From: a virus | Direction: 5' to 3' (one strand) | IMG/VR virus record: IMGVR_UViG_3300043449_000947 | Span: 6,921-70,920 of that record | Length of the DNA: 64,000 nucleotides | Part shown: in pieces, positions 1 to 8,194 of the stretch | How the letters are laid out: the number at the start of each line of letters is the position of its first letter | Position numbering within the stretch: position 1 is the stretch's first letter | Made by a program: the position numbers and the translations under genes | Notes under the pieces: generated by a model | What the model was told of the DNA's origin: nothing | The model's input: the letters and a program-made list of their open reading frames with translations, nothing else | Databases searched by the model: none

Positions 1-87
1 ATCGACTGGATCAATTCAGACGAGTGGTTCGAAGAACGACTACAAGAGATAGGCTCAAACGTAACCAAACTGAAGACAGTCTCATGA
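1..87 (+). CDS. 3' end of a CDS truncated by the window edge (IDWINSDEWFEERLQEIGSNVTKLKTVS*)
   Basis: Open frame 1 from base 1 to TGA at 85-87, which overlaps the next ATG (ATGA). Function not assignable. Confidence 0.55.
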   Translation: MDWINSDEWFEERLQEIGSNVTKLKTVS

Positions 88-296
88 ACACTTTCGAAGA
101 GTGGTACGAACCCCGGAGGAATCTCTTGGACAATCGAGTAACTACCAAAGACCTGCAAGACTTATGGCTTGTAGCTCAAAAATCAGAAAGAGAACGGATT
201 ATAGCCATAATCAGCAACGTAGCCCTAGATTCGATGAGCGAACAATGGATGTGGTGCTGCAATGAAGTAAAAGATCGCATTGAGGGACATCAATGA
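84..296 (+). CDS. small phage early protein (FEEW...AQKSERER family)
   Basis: ATG at 84 coupled to the upstream stop. Paralogous motif to 293-499 and 18884-19102. Confidence 0.7.
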   Translation: MNTFEEWYEPRRNLLDNRVTTKDLQDLWLVAQKSERERIIAIISNVALDSMSEQWMWCCNEVKDRIEGHQ

Positions 297-499
297 ACCA
301 ACGTGAATTTGAAGAGTGGCTAGAAAAAACTCCGCTATGTGTCGGCAACGCCTACGACTGCAAATTAGCATGGCAAGCCGCACAGAAAGCAGAAAGAGAG
401 CGGACGACTGCGATTATCTTGAAGCACATGAATCGATACCCCATGCCTTGGGATTCATGTGCAAGCGAGGCATTGGAGGAAATCAATGAAGCCGTTTGA
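293..499 (+). CDS. small phage early protein (FEEW...AWQAAQKAERER family)
   Basis: ATGA overlap, GAGGG RBS, paralogous motif. Confidence 0.7.
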   Translation: MNQREFEEWLEKTPLCVGNAYDCKLAWQAAQKAERERTTAIILKHMNRYPMPWDSCASEALEEINEAV

Positions 500-839
500 T
501 CTCGAACAAGCCCTAGCAGGGCATCCAGTGCAGACCCGTGACGGAAGACCCGTGACGCAGTTGGTGAAGTTTGATTGTAAATATGATTATTGTGTATTTG
601 GGGTTTTAGATGACGCCCCGGCGAGCTGGATGGAATCAGGACAACATACTTGTGACGGAAATAACCCATACGACTTATTCATGGCCCCCGTCAAAAAGAC
701 CGGGTGGGTGGTTACGGACACAAATAGCCTTGGGGAAAGATTTATGAGAACTCGTATATACGAAAATCAGGAAGAAGCGCAGAAAGAATTTTTCGGTAGA
801 GCAATTAGATACCACGAGATTGAGTGGATGGAGGACTAA
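486..839 (+). CDS. hypothetical phage protein (FDLExAL.G..V.TRDGR family)
   Basis: GGAGG RBS before ATG 486. N-terminal motif shared with 15227-15598. Confidence 0.7.
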   Translation: MKPFDLEQALAGHPVQTRDGRPVTQLVKFDCKYDYCVFGVLDDAPASWMESGQHTCDGNNPYDLFMAPVKKTGWVVTDTNSLGERFMRTRIYENQEEAQKEFFGRAIRYHEIEWMED

Positions 840-1084
840 TGAGCCAACGTGAACTGCTTCAGCGGGCTATGGAGGCGCTGATTGCCTGTGACTACCTCAA
901 TTATGGTGGGGATATTGATGACTTAATTGAAGACATCCGAGCCGAACTTGAGAAGCCGGAGCCGATGACGTGTGGGTATGTGGGTGTAACTAATGGAGCT
1001 TTACTTGGTTTCAGATTCAACCTTTCAGAGAACGGCAACTACAAATTACTGGCAGTGAGGATTGATGATGAGCAAGCAACATGA
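839..1084 (+). CDS. hypothetical protein
   Basis: TAATG overlap and GGAGG RBS, in the early operon. Confidence 0.6.
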   Translation: MSQRELLQRAMEALIACDYLNYGGDIDDLIEDIRAELEKPEPMTCGYVGVTNGALLGFRFNLSENGNYKLLAVRIDDEQAT

Positions 1085-1214
1085 ACAAATCTATTGGGCC
1101 TTTACATTCCGCAAACCCGGAACAATCTTTAGACACGGCCCATTCCTTTACAAAGTAGAACGCAGAGCATTCGTCGGCAGCTGGGTATCGAGGTATACGA
1201 AATGGAGGACTTAG
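1065..1214 (+). CDS. small hypothetical protein (49 aa, not in ORF track)
   Basis: GAGG RBS, ATG 1065 to TAG 1212-1214. Fills the gap in the operon. Confidence 0.45.
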   Translation: MMSKQHEQIYWAFTFRKPGTIFRHGPFLYKVERRAFVGSWVSRYTKWRT

Positions 1215-1540
1215 AAGTACGTATCCTAGCCGTATTCAAAGAGCAGCCTACCAAGGCATTTACGAATACAGACCTGTGTTTACTGCTGAATGTAGCTGAA
1301 AGAAAGATGAGACGTACCACACAAGCCTTGGCTGAAGCAGCCAAAATATCCGTATCAGGTCGTAAGGGCTCATCGAATCTATATCAGCTACCACCCAAGC
1401 TGCTGTATGCACATCAGAAGTCTTATAACGAAGGCTATGAAGCTGGACTTAAAGCTTCAAACTTGGAAGCCTTCACTGAAGGTAAACGATCGGCTATACG
1501 ATCCATCGCTAGAAAAATAGGAGTATCCATACATGTCTAG
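1202..1540 (+). CDS. putative winged-helix DNA-binding protein
   Basis: ILAVF...FTNTDLCLLLNVAERKMRRTTQALAEAAKI...LYQL has a wHTH-like pattern. Confidence 0.55.
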   Translation: MEDLEVRILAVFKEQPTKAFTNTDLCLLLNVAERKMRRTTQALAEAAKISVSGRKGSSNLYQLPPKLLYAHQKSYNEGYEAGLKASNLEAFTEGKRSAIRSIARKIGVSIHV

Positions 1541-1841
1541 CTTCAATGAACTAGAGCTTAAAATCATTCGCTGGGCTGAAGTTCGTAACATCTTCAAACA
1601 CGCTACGCCCAACACTCAGTTTCTCAAAACAGTCTCTGAAATGGGTGAGCTGTCCGATGCCATACTCAAAAGAGATCACGACGGTATACGCGATGGCATA
1701 GGTGATGTGCTCGTCACGCTCATTCTCGTCGCAGAACTGGAGGGAACGCATTTGTTAGAATGCCTTGATCACGCCTATAACGAGATCAAAGATCGTACTG
1801 GCAGACTCAACGAAAACGGAGCGTTTATCAAAGATGGCTGA
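1533..1841 (+). CDS. MazG-like nucleotide pyrophosphohydrolase
   Basis: QFLKTVSEMGELSDA...DGIGDVLVTL...AYNEIKDR.G: ExxE/ExxD-type MazG-like signature. Confidence 0.88.
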   Translation: MSSFNELELKIIRWAEVRNIFKHATPNTQFLKTVSEMGELSDAILKRDHDGIRDGIGDVLVTLILVAELEGTHLLECLDHAYNEIKDRTGRLNENGAFIKDG

Positions 1842-2049
1842 TGATGTAGACAGAGCACAAGAAGCGAACGAGCTGTTTGATGCCATACGTATGAATCAAC
1901 ATAAACAACAATCAAACAAGAGAGAGTTAGAACCCGATGGATACTGCCACGTCTGCGGAGAACTATGTCCAAGTAATAGGCACATCTTCTGTACCTCCGA
2001 GTGTAGAGATGACTATGAACGTATCAAGCGAAGTCGATCCGTTTGGTAA
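1834..2049 (+). CDS. TraR/DksA-like C4 zinc-finger protein
   Basis: MADDVDRAQE N-terminus and CHVCGE...FCTSECRDD. Confidence 0.7.
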   Translation: MADDVDRAQEANELFDAIRMNQHKQQSNKRELEPDGYCHVCGELCPSNRHIFCTSECRDDYERIKRSRSVW

Positions 2050-2356
2050 GAATCCTCATCAGTCAGGAGCCAAACTCGATGCACATAAACTACAAGCTGA
2101 TCTTCTGCTAGACTTCCGCGACGCGTTGCTTGCTGTAGCCTCAATCTCTGATTTTGGTGCCAGAAAATATACGCGTCACGGATGGATCGATGTACCCAAC
2201 GGACAAGAAAGATATATGGCTGCTCTATTACGTCACTTGCTTCAAGAAGGCAACGACCCTGACTCAGGACTACCACACAAATGGCACGCTTTATGGAATC
2301 TACTAGCAGTAGTGCAACTGGATATAAACTCAGCCTCAGAGACACCTTCGCAATAA
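2009..2356 (+). CDS. dATP/dGTP diphosphohydrolase domain protein (DUF5664-like)
   Basis: GAKLD.HK...FGARKY...W...RYMAALLRHL...DPDSGLPH..HA.WN motif set. Confidence 0.82.
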   Translation: MTMNVSSEVDPFGKNPHQSGAKLDAHKLQADLLLDFRDALLAVASISDFGARKYTRHGWIDVPNGQERYMAALLRHLLQEGNDPDSGLPHKWHALWNLLAVVQLDINSASETPSQ

Positions 2357-2508
2357 AGGCATTTCAAGAGGTTTTAGCTGTTCATGACATTGAGTTCCTC
2401 GATGCTCACAAAGCAGAAAAAATAGCTCGATCAGCGTATGCGCTAGCAGACGAAATGCTACGAATACGAAAAGAGACAAAAAGAGATCCACACGAAATCG
2501 CCCGTTAG
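2281..2508 (+). CDS. hypothetical phage protein (SLRD.FA...AY.LADEML family)
   Basis: Common small-phage motif LRDTFAIKA...SAYALADEML. Start position uncertain. Confidence 0.65.
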   Translation: MARFMESTSSSATGYKLSLRDTFAIKAFQEVLAVHDIEFLDAHKAEKIARSAYALADEMLRIRKETKRDPHEIAR

Positions 2509-2521
2509 GGCGGTTTTTTTT
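2495..2521 (+). terminator. rho-independent terminator
   Basis: AAATCGCCC-GTTA-GGGCGGTTT hairpin followed by a T run. Confidence 0.8.
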
Positions 2522-2546
2522 ATCCCTCATAAATAGGTATGTATAT

Positions 2547-3527
2547 ATGAAACCATCACAAGCAGCTGAAGCTATCGCCAAATGTATTCAAGTTAAACAG
2601 CCTCTGTTCCTTTGGGGACAGCCGGGTGTAGGTAAATCAGCCATCACCAGAGATGTAGCTGCTGCACTCAATCTCGAGCTGATTGATCTACGCCTATCAC
2701 TACTTGATTCTGTTGATCTGCGGGGCTTTCCGCACATGGAGAACAAGCGTATGCACTTTGCTACGCCGATTTTCCTTCCAACTGATCCCAATTCATCAGG
2801 CATTCTGTTCCTTGATGAAATGAACGCTGCACCACCAGCTGTTCAGTCTGCTGCCTATCAGCTCGTACTCGATCGTCGTATCGGTGAATACAAGCTACCT
2901 GACGGTTGGGCCATCATTGCAGCAGGCAATCGTGAGACTGATCAGGGTGTGACTTACACCATGCCTGCACCGCTAGCCAACCGCTTCACTCATATCGACT
3001 TCGATGTAAACTATGACGACTGGCGTGCATGGGCTCTCAAGAATGGCATCAAGCCAGAAATCATCAACTTCATCTCGTTCCGACCCAATCTGCTCAATGA
3101 CTTTGACCCTGACAAGCGTGCATTTCCTACTCCTCGTTCATGGGAGTTTGTCAGTCGTATTATTGATGGCAAGCAGTCTATTGAAATAGAACGTGCGCTT
3201 ATCTCTGGCTCTGTTGGCGAAGGTGCTGCAGCTGAGCTAGCTGGCTTCCTCAAAATCTATAGAAATCTGCCCAATCCTGACGTAGTTCTCATGAACCCGT
3301 CCAAGGCAGATGTGCCTACCGATCCAGCTACTCTCTATGCTCTGTGCGGTGCGCTCTCAGCACGTGCCAGTCAGAACAACTTCGATCGTCTCATTGAGTA
3401 CTGCGAGCGCATCAAGCCTGAATTTCAGGTTCTGTGTATTCGTGATGCATTCACTCGTGACAATACGCTTGCTCATACGCAGGCATTCAGCAACTGGGCT
3501 GCTAAGAACAGCTCCGTAATCCTCTAG
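2547..3527 (+). CDS. MoxR-like AAA+ ATPase
   Basis: Walker A GQPGVGKS, Walker B ILFLDE, AAGNR sensor, LANRF, FPTPRSWE. Confidence 0.9.
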   Translation: MKPSQAAEAIAKCIQVKQPLFLWGQPGVGKSAITRDVAAALNLELIDLRLSLLDSVDLRGFPHMENKRMHFATPIFLPTDPNSSGILFLDEMNAAPPAVQSAAYQLVLDRRIGEYKLPDGWAIIAAGNRETDQGVTYTMPAPLANRFTHIDFDVNYDDWRAWALKNGIKPEIINFISFRPNLLNDFDPDKRAFPTPRSWEFVSRIIDGKQSIEIERALISGSVGEGAAAELAGFLKIYRNLPNPDVVLMNPSKADVPTDPATLYALCGALSARASQNNFDRLIEYCERIKPEFQVLCIRDAFTRDNTLAHTQAFSNWAAKNSSVIL

Positions 3528-3535
3528 GAGTATTT

Positions 3536-4132
3536 ATGTACGTAGGTAAATCTAAACAGCTTCATAGCGACATCGAAAGCAATATCGATAAACTGTTCGA
3601 GCCTCGACTCGAGCAGGCTGAAAACTGGTTCAACTACGGCATGGGTAAAGAACAGCTTGCACGAGCTGTACTCGATGCCGTCATTCCTCACGAAGATCAG
3701 CAAGCCATCAACAAGCTGGGCGATAAGTACTTCCATAAGTACACTGAGCTGCATGTGTATATAGGTAATGATACGTATACCTTCGATGTAGGATCTGTGT
3801 ATATCCCTCCGAAACTCACTCAACGATACAACACGCCCAACAAGATCACGGAGGGTCCAGTGTTCGACATCTTCACACGTAGACAAGCAGCCATCGACGC
3901 CATACGTAACGAGCGTATGAGTTTTAAAACAGCGTTCAACAAGGCATGGGAGGCTGTACCTAGTGTCAACGCTCTGCTCAAGGTATGGCCTGCAGCTGAA
4001 CACCTGATATCTAGCATAGTGATTCAGCGCATCAACACCAAGGGTAAGCGCTACGACAAGGCACAGATTGCTGAAGAGATTGACGTCGGCAATCTATCCA
4101 CTCAACTACTCAAAGCGAAGATGCAGTCATGA
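3536..4132 (+). CDS. Nmad5-like (nucleotide modification associated) protein
   Basis: ~200 aa with C-terminal SVNALLKVWPAAEHLI, resembling the Nmad5 family pattern from recall. Confidence 0.5.
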   Translation: MYVGKSKQLHSDIESNIDKLFEPRLEQAENWFNYGMGKEQLARAVLDAVIPHEDQQAINKLGDKYFHKYTELHVYIGNDTYTFDVGSVYIPPKLTQRYNTPNKITEGPVFDIFTRRQAAIDAIRNERMSFKTAFNKAWEAVPSVNALLKVWPAAEHLISSIVIQRINTKGKRYDKAQIAEEIDVGNLSTQLLKAKMQS

Positions 4133-4344
4133 ACTTGAACGATATCAGCGGCATAACTACCACTGAAGTGGCTACTGGCTTTCATCTGATCGAAACCTTC
4201 GATGGGTACAAGTTCTACATAGAGCATGTGCCCATCTCTTCCAGCTATCACTTCAAACAATTCGAAAATACTGACCCGTTCATAGCGGCGCATCTCACGC
4301 TCAGATATAAACTACATATGAGGTTGAATTGGCATGAGTATTGA
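4129..4344 (+). CDS. hypothetical protein
   Basis: ATGA overlap in the operon. Confidence 0.55.
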   Translation: MNLNDISGITTTEVATGFHLIETFDGYKFYIEHVPISSSYHFKQFENTDPFIAAHLTLRYKLHMRLNWHEY

Positions 4345-5158
4345 ATCCACGTGCATCCTAGTAAAGCTCAAGATCTCTTTCTGGGATGGCTTCAAGAAAG
4401 ATAAAGAAGCATCGAACAAGGTAGATCAGGTGTTTCTTACCGAAGGTAAAGTAGGCAATTACAACAAGCGCCTGTTTGCCAAGAACGTATTCAAACCCAT
4501 CCGAGAGGTGCTCACGACTGTACGTAATGAGCACCACAGAATGACCATGCCTTGGTGCTACAACGGTGTGTACATTCTGCCTAACGAGCTGTTCTTTCCG
4601 TACACCGAGACTATGCGTACGTGCAAAGATCGTCTCGATGCGGTAGTCGACAACTTCATTCTTCAGTATCCAGTGTATGTAGCAGCACAGCGCACCAAGC
4701 TAGGTGAACTGTTCAAGGGTGAAGACTATCCCGACCCTTCGTTTTTACGTGACAAATACAAGATTGAATTCAATTTTTTTCCGGTTCCTCAATCGGAGCA
4801 TTTCATTCTTGATTCACAAAAAGACCTACAAGAGCAGCTAAAGAAGACGCTTTACGATACGCAGAAATCAGCACTCACCAACCTATATAATAAGATCCTC
4901 GAGCTGGTAGAACGCCTGCACGATCGTCTCAATGATCCTGAAAGTGTTCTTCGTGAAAGCCTGCTGGAGAATCTTGATGCACTCGTATCAGTCCTTCCGG
5001 GATTGAACGTATTCGATGATGATGTACTGAACAAAGTTTATACGCAGCTGCGTGAGAAAGTGCTCATGTACGATACTCAAGAGCTTCGTAATGACATGAC
5101 CAAGCGTCGAGAAATCGTAGCTCATGCGTTCGACGTAGCAGCTCTGTTGCGTGGATAG
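4334..5158 (+). CDS. DUF3150-like phage protein
   Basis: LVKLKISFW.G.K.D...NKRLF...MPW...GVYILP...DYP pattern, typical of the family found beside AAA/VWA genes. Confidence 0.55.
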   Translation: MSIESTCILVKLKISFWDGFKKDKEASNKVDQVFLTEGKVGNYNKRLFAKNVFKPIREVLTTVRNEHHRMTMPWCYNGVYILPNELFFPYTETMRTCKDRLDAVVDNFILQYPVYVAAQRTKLGELFKGEDYPDPSFLRDKYKIEFNFFPVPQSEHFILDSQKDLQEQLKKTLYDTQKSALTNLYNKILELVERLHDRLNDPESVLRESLLENLDALVSVLPGLNVFDDDVLNKVYTQLREKVLMYDTQELRNDMTKRREIVAHAFDVAALLRG

Positions 5159-5159
5159 C

Positions 5160-5190
5160 ATCGACATAACTGAATAACATGTCGATTTTT
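5160..5190 (+). terminator. possible terminator hairpin
   Basis: ATCGACAT/ATGTCGAT inverted repeat followed by TTTT. Confidence 0.45.
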
Positions 5191-5240
5191 CTTCGTTTCG
5201 TCGACATATACCCTAGCGGATAGTGGGTTAAAACTTCCGA

Positions 5241-5312
5241 GGCAGAGACAGTGCGCAGGTTTTCCTCGTCCCTTACGTCGTGTTCCCCTGAATGCGTGGG
5301 CTCTGCCACCCC
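5241..5312 (+). ncRNA. candidate stem-closed small RNA (stem + ACCC tail)
   Basis: GGCAGAG (5241-47) pairs with CTCTGCC (5301-07), followed by ACCCC and an AT run. Same architecture as the 17233-17469 elements. Confidence 0.35.
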
Positions 5313-5334
5313 TATTTTTTAACCGAGAACTACT

Positions 5335-5529
5335 ATGCCTTTTATAGAAATCGTTCTACTGGCTGGTCTTTTAAGTTTCTTCTATGCCTATCTCGTAGAG
5401 AGGCACAAGAAGAGTGTGCTGGAAGACCACTTAACTAACCTAGTAGAGATACTCGCAGATGTAGCCGATAAAAAGGCTGTGTGTACTCGAACTCCTGAAG
5501 GACACGTCAATGTCGAAAAAGTCAGCTGA
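5335..5529 (+). CDS. small membrane protein
   Basis: N-terminal hydrophobic segment IEIVLLAGLLSFFYAYLV. Confidence 0.6.
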   Translation: MPFIEIVLLAGLLSFFYAYLVERHKKSVLEDHLTNLVEILADVADKKAVCTRTPEGHVNVEKVS

Positions 5530-6622
5530 ACTCATATCCAAAGCCGTCACTGCTATCGTTCTTGATGATCCGTTCTACGGCTATCTCTTGCTTCGTCAAG
5601 AGATCGAACCATCAGACGCTATACCTGTAGCAGCTACCAACGGCAAACGTATCATCTATAACCCCAAAGCTATTGAAGACTTTTCTCCCGCTCAAATTAA
5701 GGGTCTGCTCAAGCATGAGGTTATGCACATGGCGCACATGCACCACTTGCGTAGAGGTTCTCGTGATTCTCAGAAGTGGAACATGGCTGCTGACTATGTC
5801 ATCAACGCTGTACTTGTTGAAGCTGGCGTTACATTACCTGACAACGGTCTGGTCGATCCTCAGTACAAGGAATTTTCGACTGAACATGTCTACAACATGC
5901 TGCCCGATCCTCCTGAGGGCGGTTCTCCCAGCTGGGACTGGGGTGGTGTAGAAGACGCTCCGGGCTCAGACGATGAGCCCACTCGTCAGCAGATGGAGGA
6001 CGACTGCAAGGTTGATCTCATTCAAGCAGCCAATACTGCCAAGATGATGGGCAAGCTGCCTGCACATCTCGAACGTCTCGTTAATAAAGTACGTGAATCC
6101 AAGATGCCTTGGCGTCAGATTCTGGCTAGGTTCTTTCGAGCTACAGCCAAGACTGACTATTCATGGCTGCGCCCCAATCGTCGCTTTCTAGCTAGCGGTA
6201 TATACCTGCCTAGTCTATATAGCGAAGCGCTTGGTCCTGTAGTCATAGCTGTCGATACTTCGGGCTCAATCATGGGTGAAGAACTTGAACAGTTCTTCGG
6301 CTGTATCAACGGCATTCTTCGTCAGACCAAGCCAGAAGCAGTGCATGTCCTGTACTGCGACTCGGATGTAGCCAATGTTCAGGTATTTAAACCATCTGAC
6401 TATCCGCTCAAGTTGAACAAGTTCAAGCCTGCGGGTGGTGGTGGTACAGACTTCGTACCTGTCTTTGATTACGTCAAAGAAAAACGCCTTAACCCTGTAG
6501 CGCTTCTGTATCTCACAGATATGTATGGTCGTTTTCCAGAACGCGCTCCTTCATATCCTACGATCTGGTGTGCTACTTCAGATGTACAAGCTCCTTTCGG
6601 TAAAACATTATGCTTGAAGTAA
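5510..6622 (+). CDS. DUF2201-type metallopeptidase + VWA domain protein
   Basis: HEVMH (HExxH), WNMAADYVIN, MIDAS DTSGS, GGGGTDF, YLTDMYG. Confidence 0.88.
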   Translation: MSKKSAELISKAVTAIVLDDPFYGYLLLRQEIEPSDAIPVAATNGKRIIYNPKAIEDFSPAQIKGLLKHEVMHMAHMHHLRRGSRDSQKWNMAADYVINAVLVEAGVTLPDNGLVDPQYKEFSTEHVYNMLPDPPEGGSPSWDWGGVEDAPGSDDEPTRQQMEDDCKVDLIQAANTAKMMGKLPAHLERLVNKVRESKMPWRQILARFFRATAKTDYSWLRPNRRFLASGIYLPSLYSEALGPVVIAVDTSGSIMGEELEQFFGCINGILRQTKPEAVHVLYCDSDVANVQVFKPSDYPLKLNKFKPAGGGGTDFVPVFDYVKEKRLNPVALLYLTDMYGRFPERAPSYPTIWCATSDVQAPFGKTLCLK

Positions 6623-7398
6623 AATATAACAACCCTCCATACAACCGCGATTTTCACTCATACTATAATATGGCATTGCGCCAGTACGATAAACATGAAT
6701 TTGGTGTTCCTACATATCGTGGCGTGTTCTATCACAAGCTTCCTAATAATATTTATGTTGCTTCTTACAACGGCAACAGGATCATGGAGTGGCACCCTAA
6801 CGGTGACATCGTATTTATCTTTTCCGAGAACCACACGCCGTCTGTATCTACACGCATGAGCGTGCTGTTTACCATCTACTCAGTACTCAAGAAAAAAAAT
6901 GCCAGAGGTGATATTCATTACCTCGTATCTATCGGTACTGATGGTAATTCTCATCAGGTAAAAGTCCATAACAGATTAACCGTTCGTGTTTTTGACAGAA
7001 CTATTCAGCTTATTCCTGATGAAATTCCAGAAACTACCAAGGATAACGCTAAGTACAGAGCGTTCAACAAGCAGCTGAAAGAACTCAAAGTTGCTTTGGC
7101 AGCGCAGTGTATGTTCGGTGCCTATAAGCATATAGATTATAGAGGGCAGGCACGTACGCGATTAGCTGATCCATATATATCGCATGAAGCAGCCAAAAAG
7201 AAACTCTATGAGCTTTCGTTAGAATGGATAGAGACTAAAAATCCAAAACTTCTAGAACACGTGGCTACATTTTCGTTCTGTATCTCATCAGGCATTGCTT
7301 GGAACTCGCCCAGTAATCCAGAAGTTCAGAAAAAAGCTGTGCTTAATGCTATGCGTCAAGTGCAGCTGATGTACCTCAGAAGCGAATGCGTGATCTGA
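6610..7398 (+). CDS. hypothetical protein
   Basis: 262-aa ORF overlapping the upstream stop. Confidence 0.7.
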   Translation: MLEVKYNNPPYNRDFHSYYNMALRQYDKHEFGVPTYRGVFYHKLPNNIYVASYNGNRIMEWHPNGDIVFIFSENHTPSVSTRMSVLFTIYSVLKKKNARGDIHYLVSIGTDGNSHQVKVHNRLTVRVFDRTIQLIPDEIPETTKDNAKYRAFNKQLKELKVALAAQCMFGAYKHIDYRGQARTRLADPYISHEAAKKKLYELSLEWIETKNPKLLEHVATFSFCISSGIAWNSPSNPEVQKKAVLNAMRQVQLMYLRSECVI

Positions 7399-7435
7399 TA
7401 TAATTCCGGAGCCCTAACTCCATAAGGAAAGCTCC

Positions 7436-8194
7436 ATGATAAAAACAGTCTCGTACTCTCGTTTGATGGACTTCGAAAAGTGTAAATACTTAGCTAAACT
7501 CAAGTACTTAGATAAGGTTCCACAGCCTGCTCGCCCACTTCCTCCCGGTAAAACAGAACATGCCAATGATCGCGGTTCACGTGTTCATGAGGCAGGTGAG
7601 TTATATGTCCGTGGAGGAGTGGAGCTTGTTCATGAGCTTCATGGCTTTAGAGAAGATTTTGACGAACTCAAGAAGCTCTACAAGGAAGGTGTAGTAGAAC
7701 TCGAAGGCGAGTGGGCTGTAGATAAGGAATGGAATCCTGTCGCATGGGCTTCCGATACCGCATGGTGCCGCATGAAGCTAGATGCCTTCGTTAAGACATC
7801 ACCTACGACAGCTAGGGTTATCGATTACAAGACAGGAAGACGTATCGGTAACGAGATCAAGCATACAGAACAAGGCCAGATTTACCAACTGGCCACTTTT
7901 TTACGTCATCCAGAACTGGACCATATTCTTGTAGAGTTCTGGTACATCGACCAAGGTGAGAAGGATATCAAACAGTACACTCGTCAACAGGGTACCGGCT
8001 ACTTTGATAAATACCACAATCGGTTAAATAAAATAACCGACTGCACTGAATTCGATCCTAACCCCAACGCTTTTAGCTGTAAGTGGTGTCCGTACAAGGG
8101 TAACGCTTGTGAATACGGTGTTACTCCTGATCCCAACGCTCAAAAAGCTAAAGCTAAAATACGAGCTATTAAGAAAAACCATGGATTTGTTTAA
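7436..8194 (+). CDS. PD-(D/E)XK (RecB/Cas4-like) exonuclease
   Basis: SYSRL..FEKC, RGSRVH, KLD...VIDYKTG, QIYQL, C-terminal CKWCPY...C. Confidence 0.88.
   Translation: MIKTVSYSRLMDFEKCKYLAKLKYLDKVPQPARPLPPGKTEHANDRGSRVHEAGELYVRGGVELVHELHGFREDFDELKKLYKEGVVELEGEWAVDKEWNPVAWASDTAWCRMKLDAFVKTSPTTARVIDYKTGRRIGNEIKHTEQGQIYQLATFLRHPELDHILVEFWYIDQGEKDIKQYTRQQGTGYFDKYHNRLNKITDCTEFDPNPNAFSCKWCPYKGNACEYGVTPDPNAQKAKAKIRAIKKNHGFV

Noticed and set aside
7436-8194. Cas4 as part of the RAMP locus
   Set aside because: Lies 9 kb away in the replication module beside the helicase and polymerase. This is a routine phage PD-(D/E)XK exonuclease.
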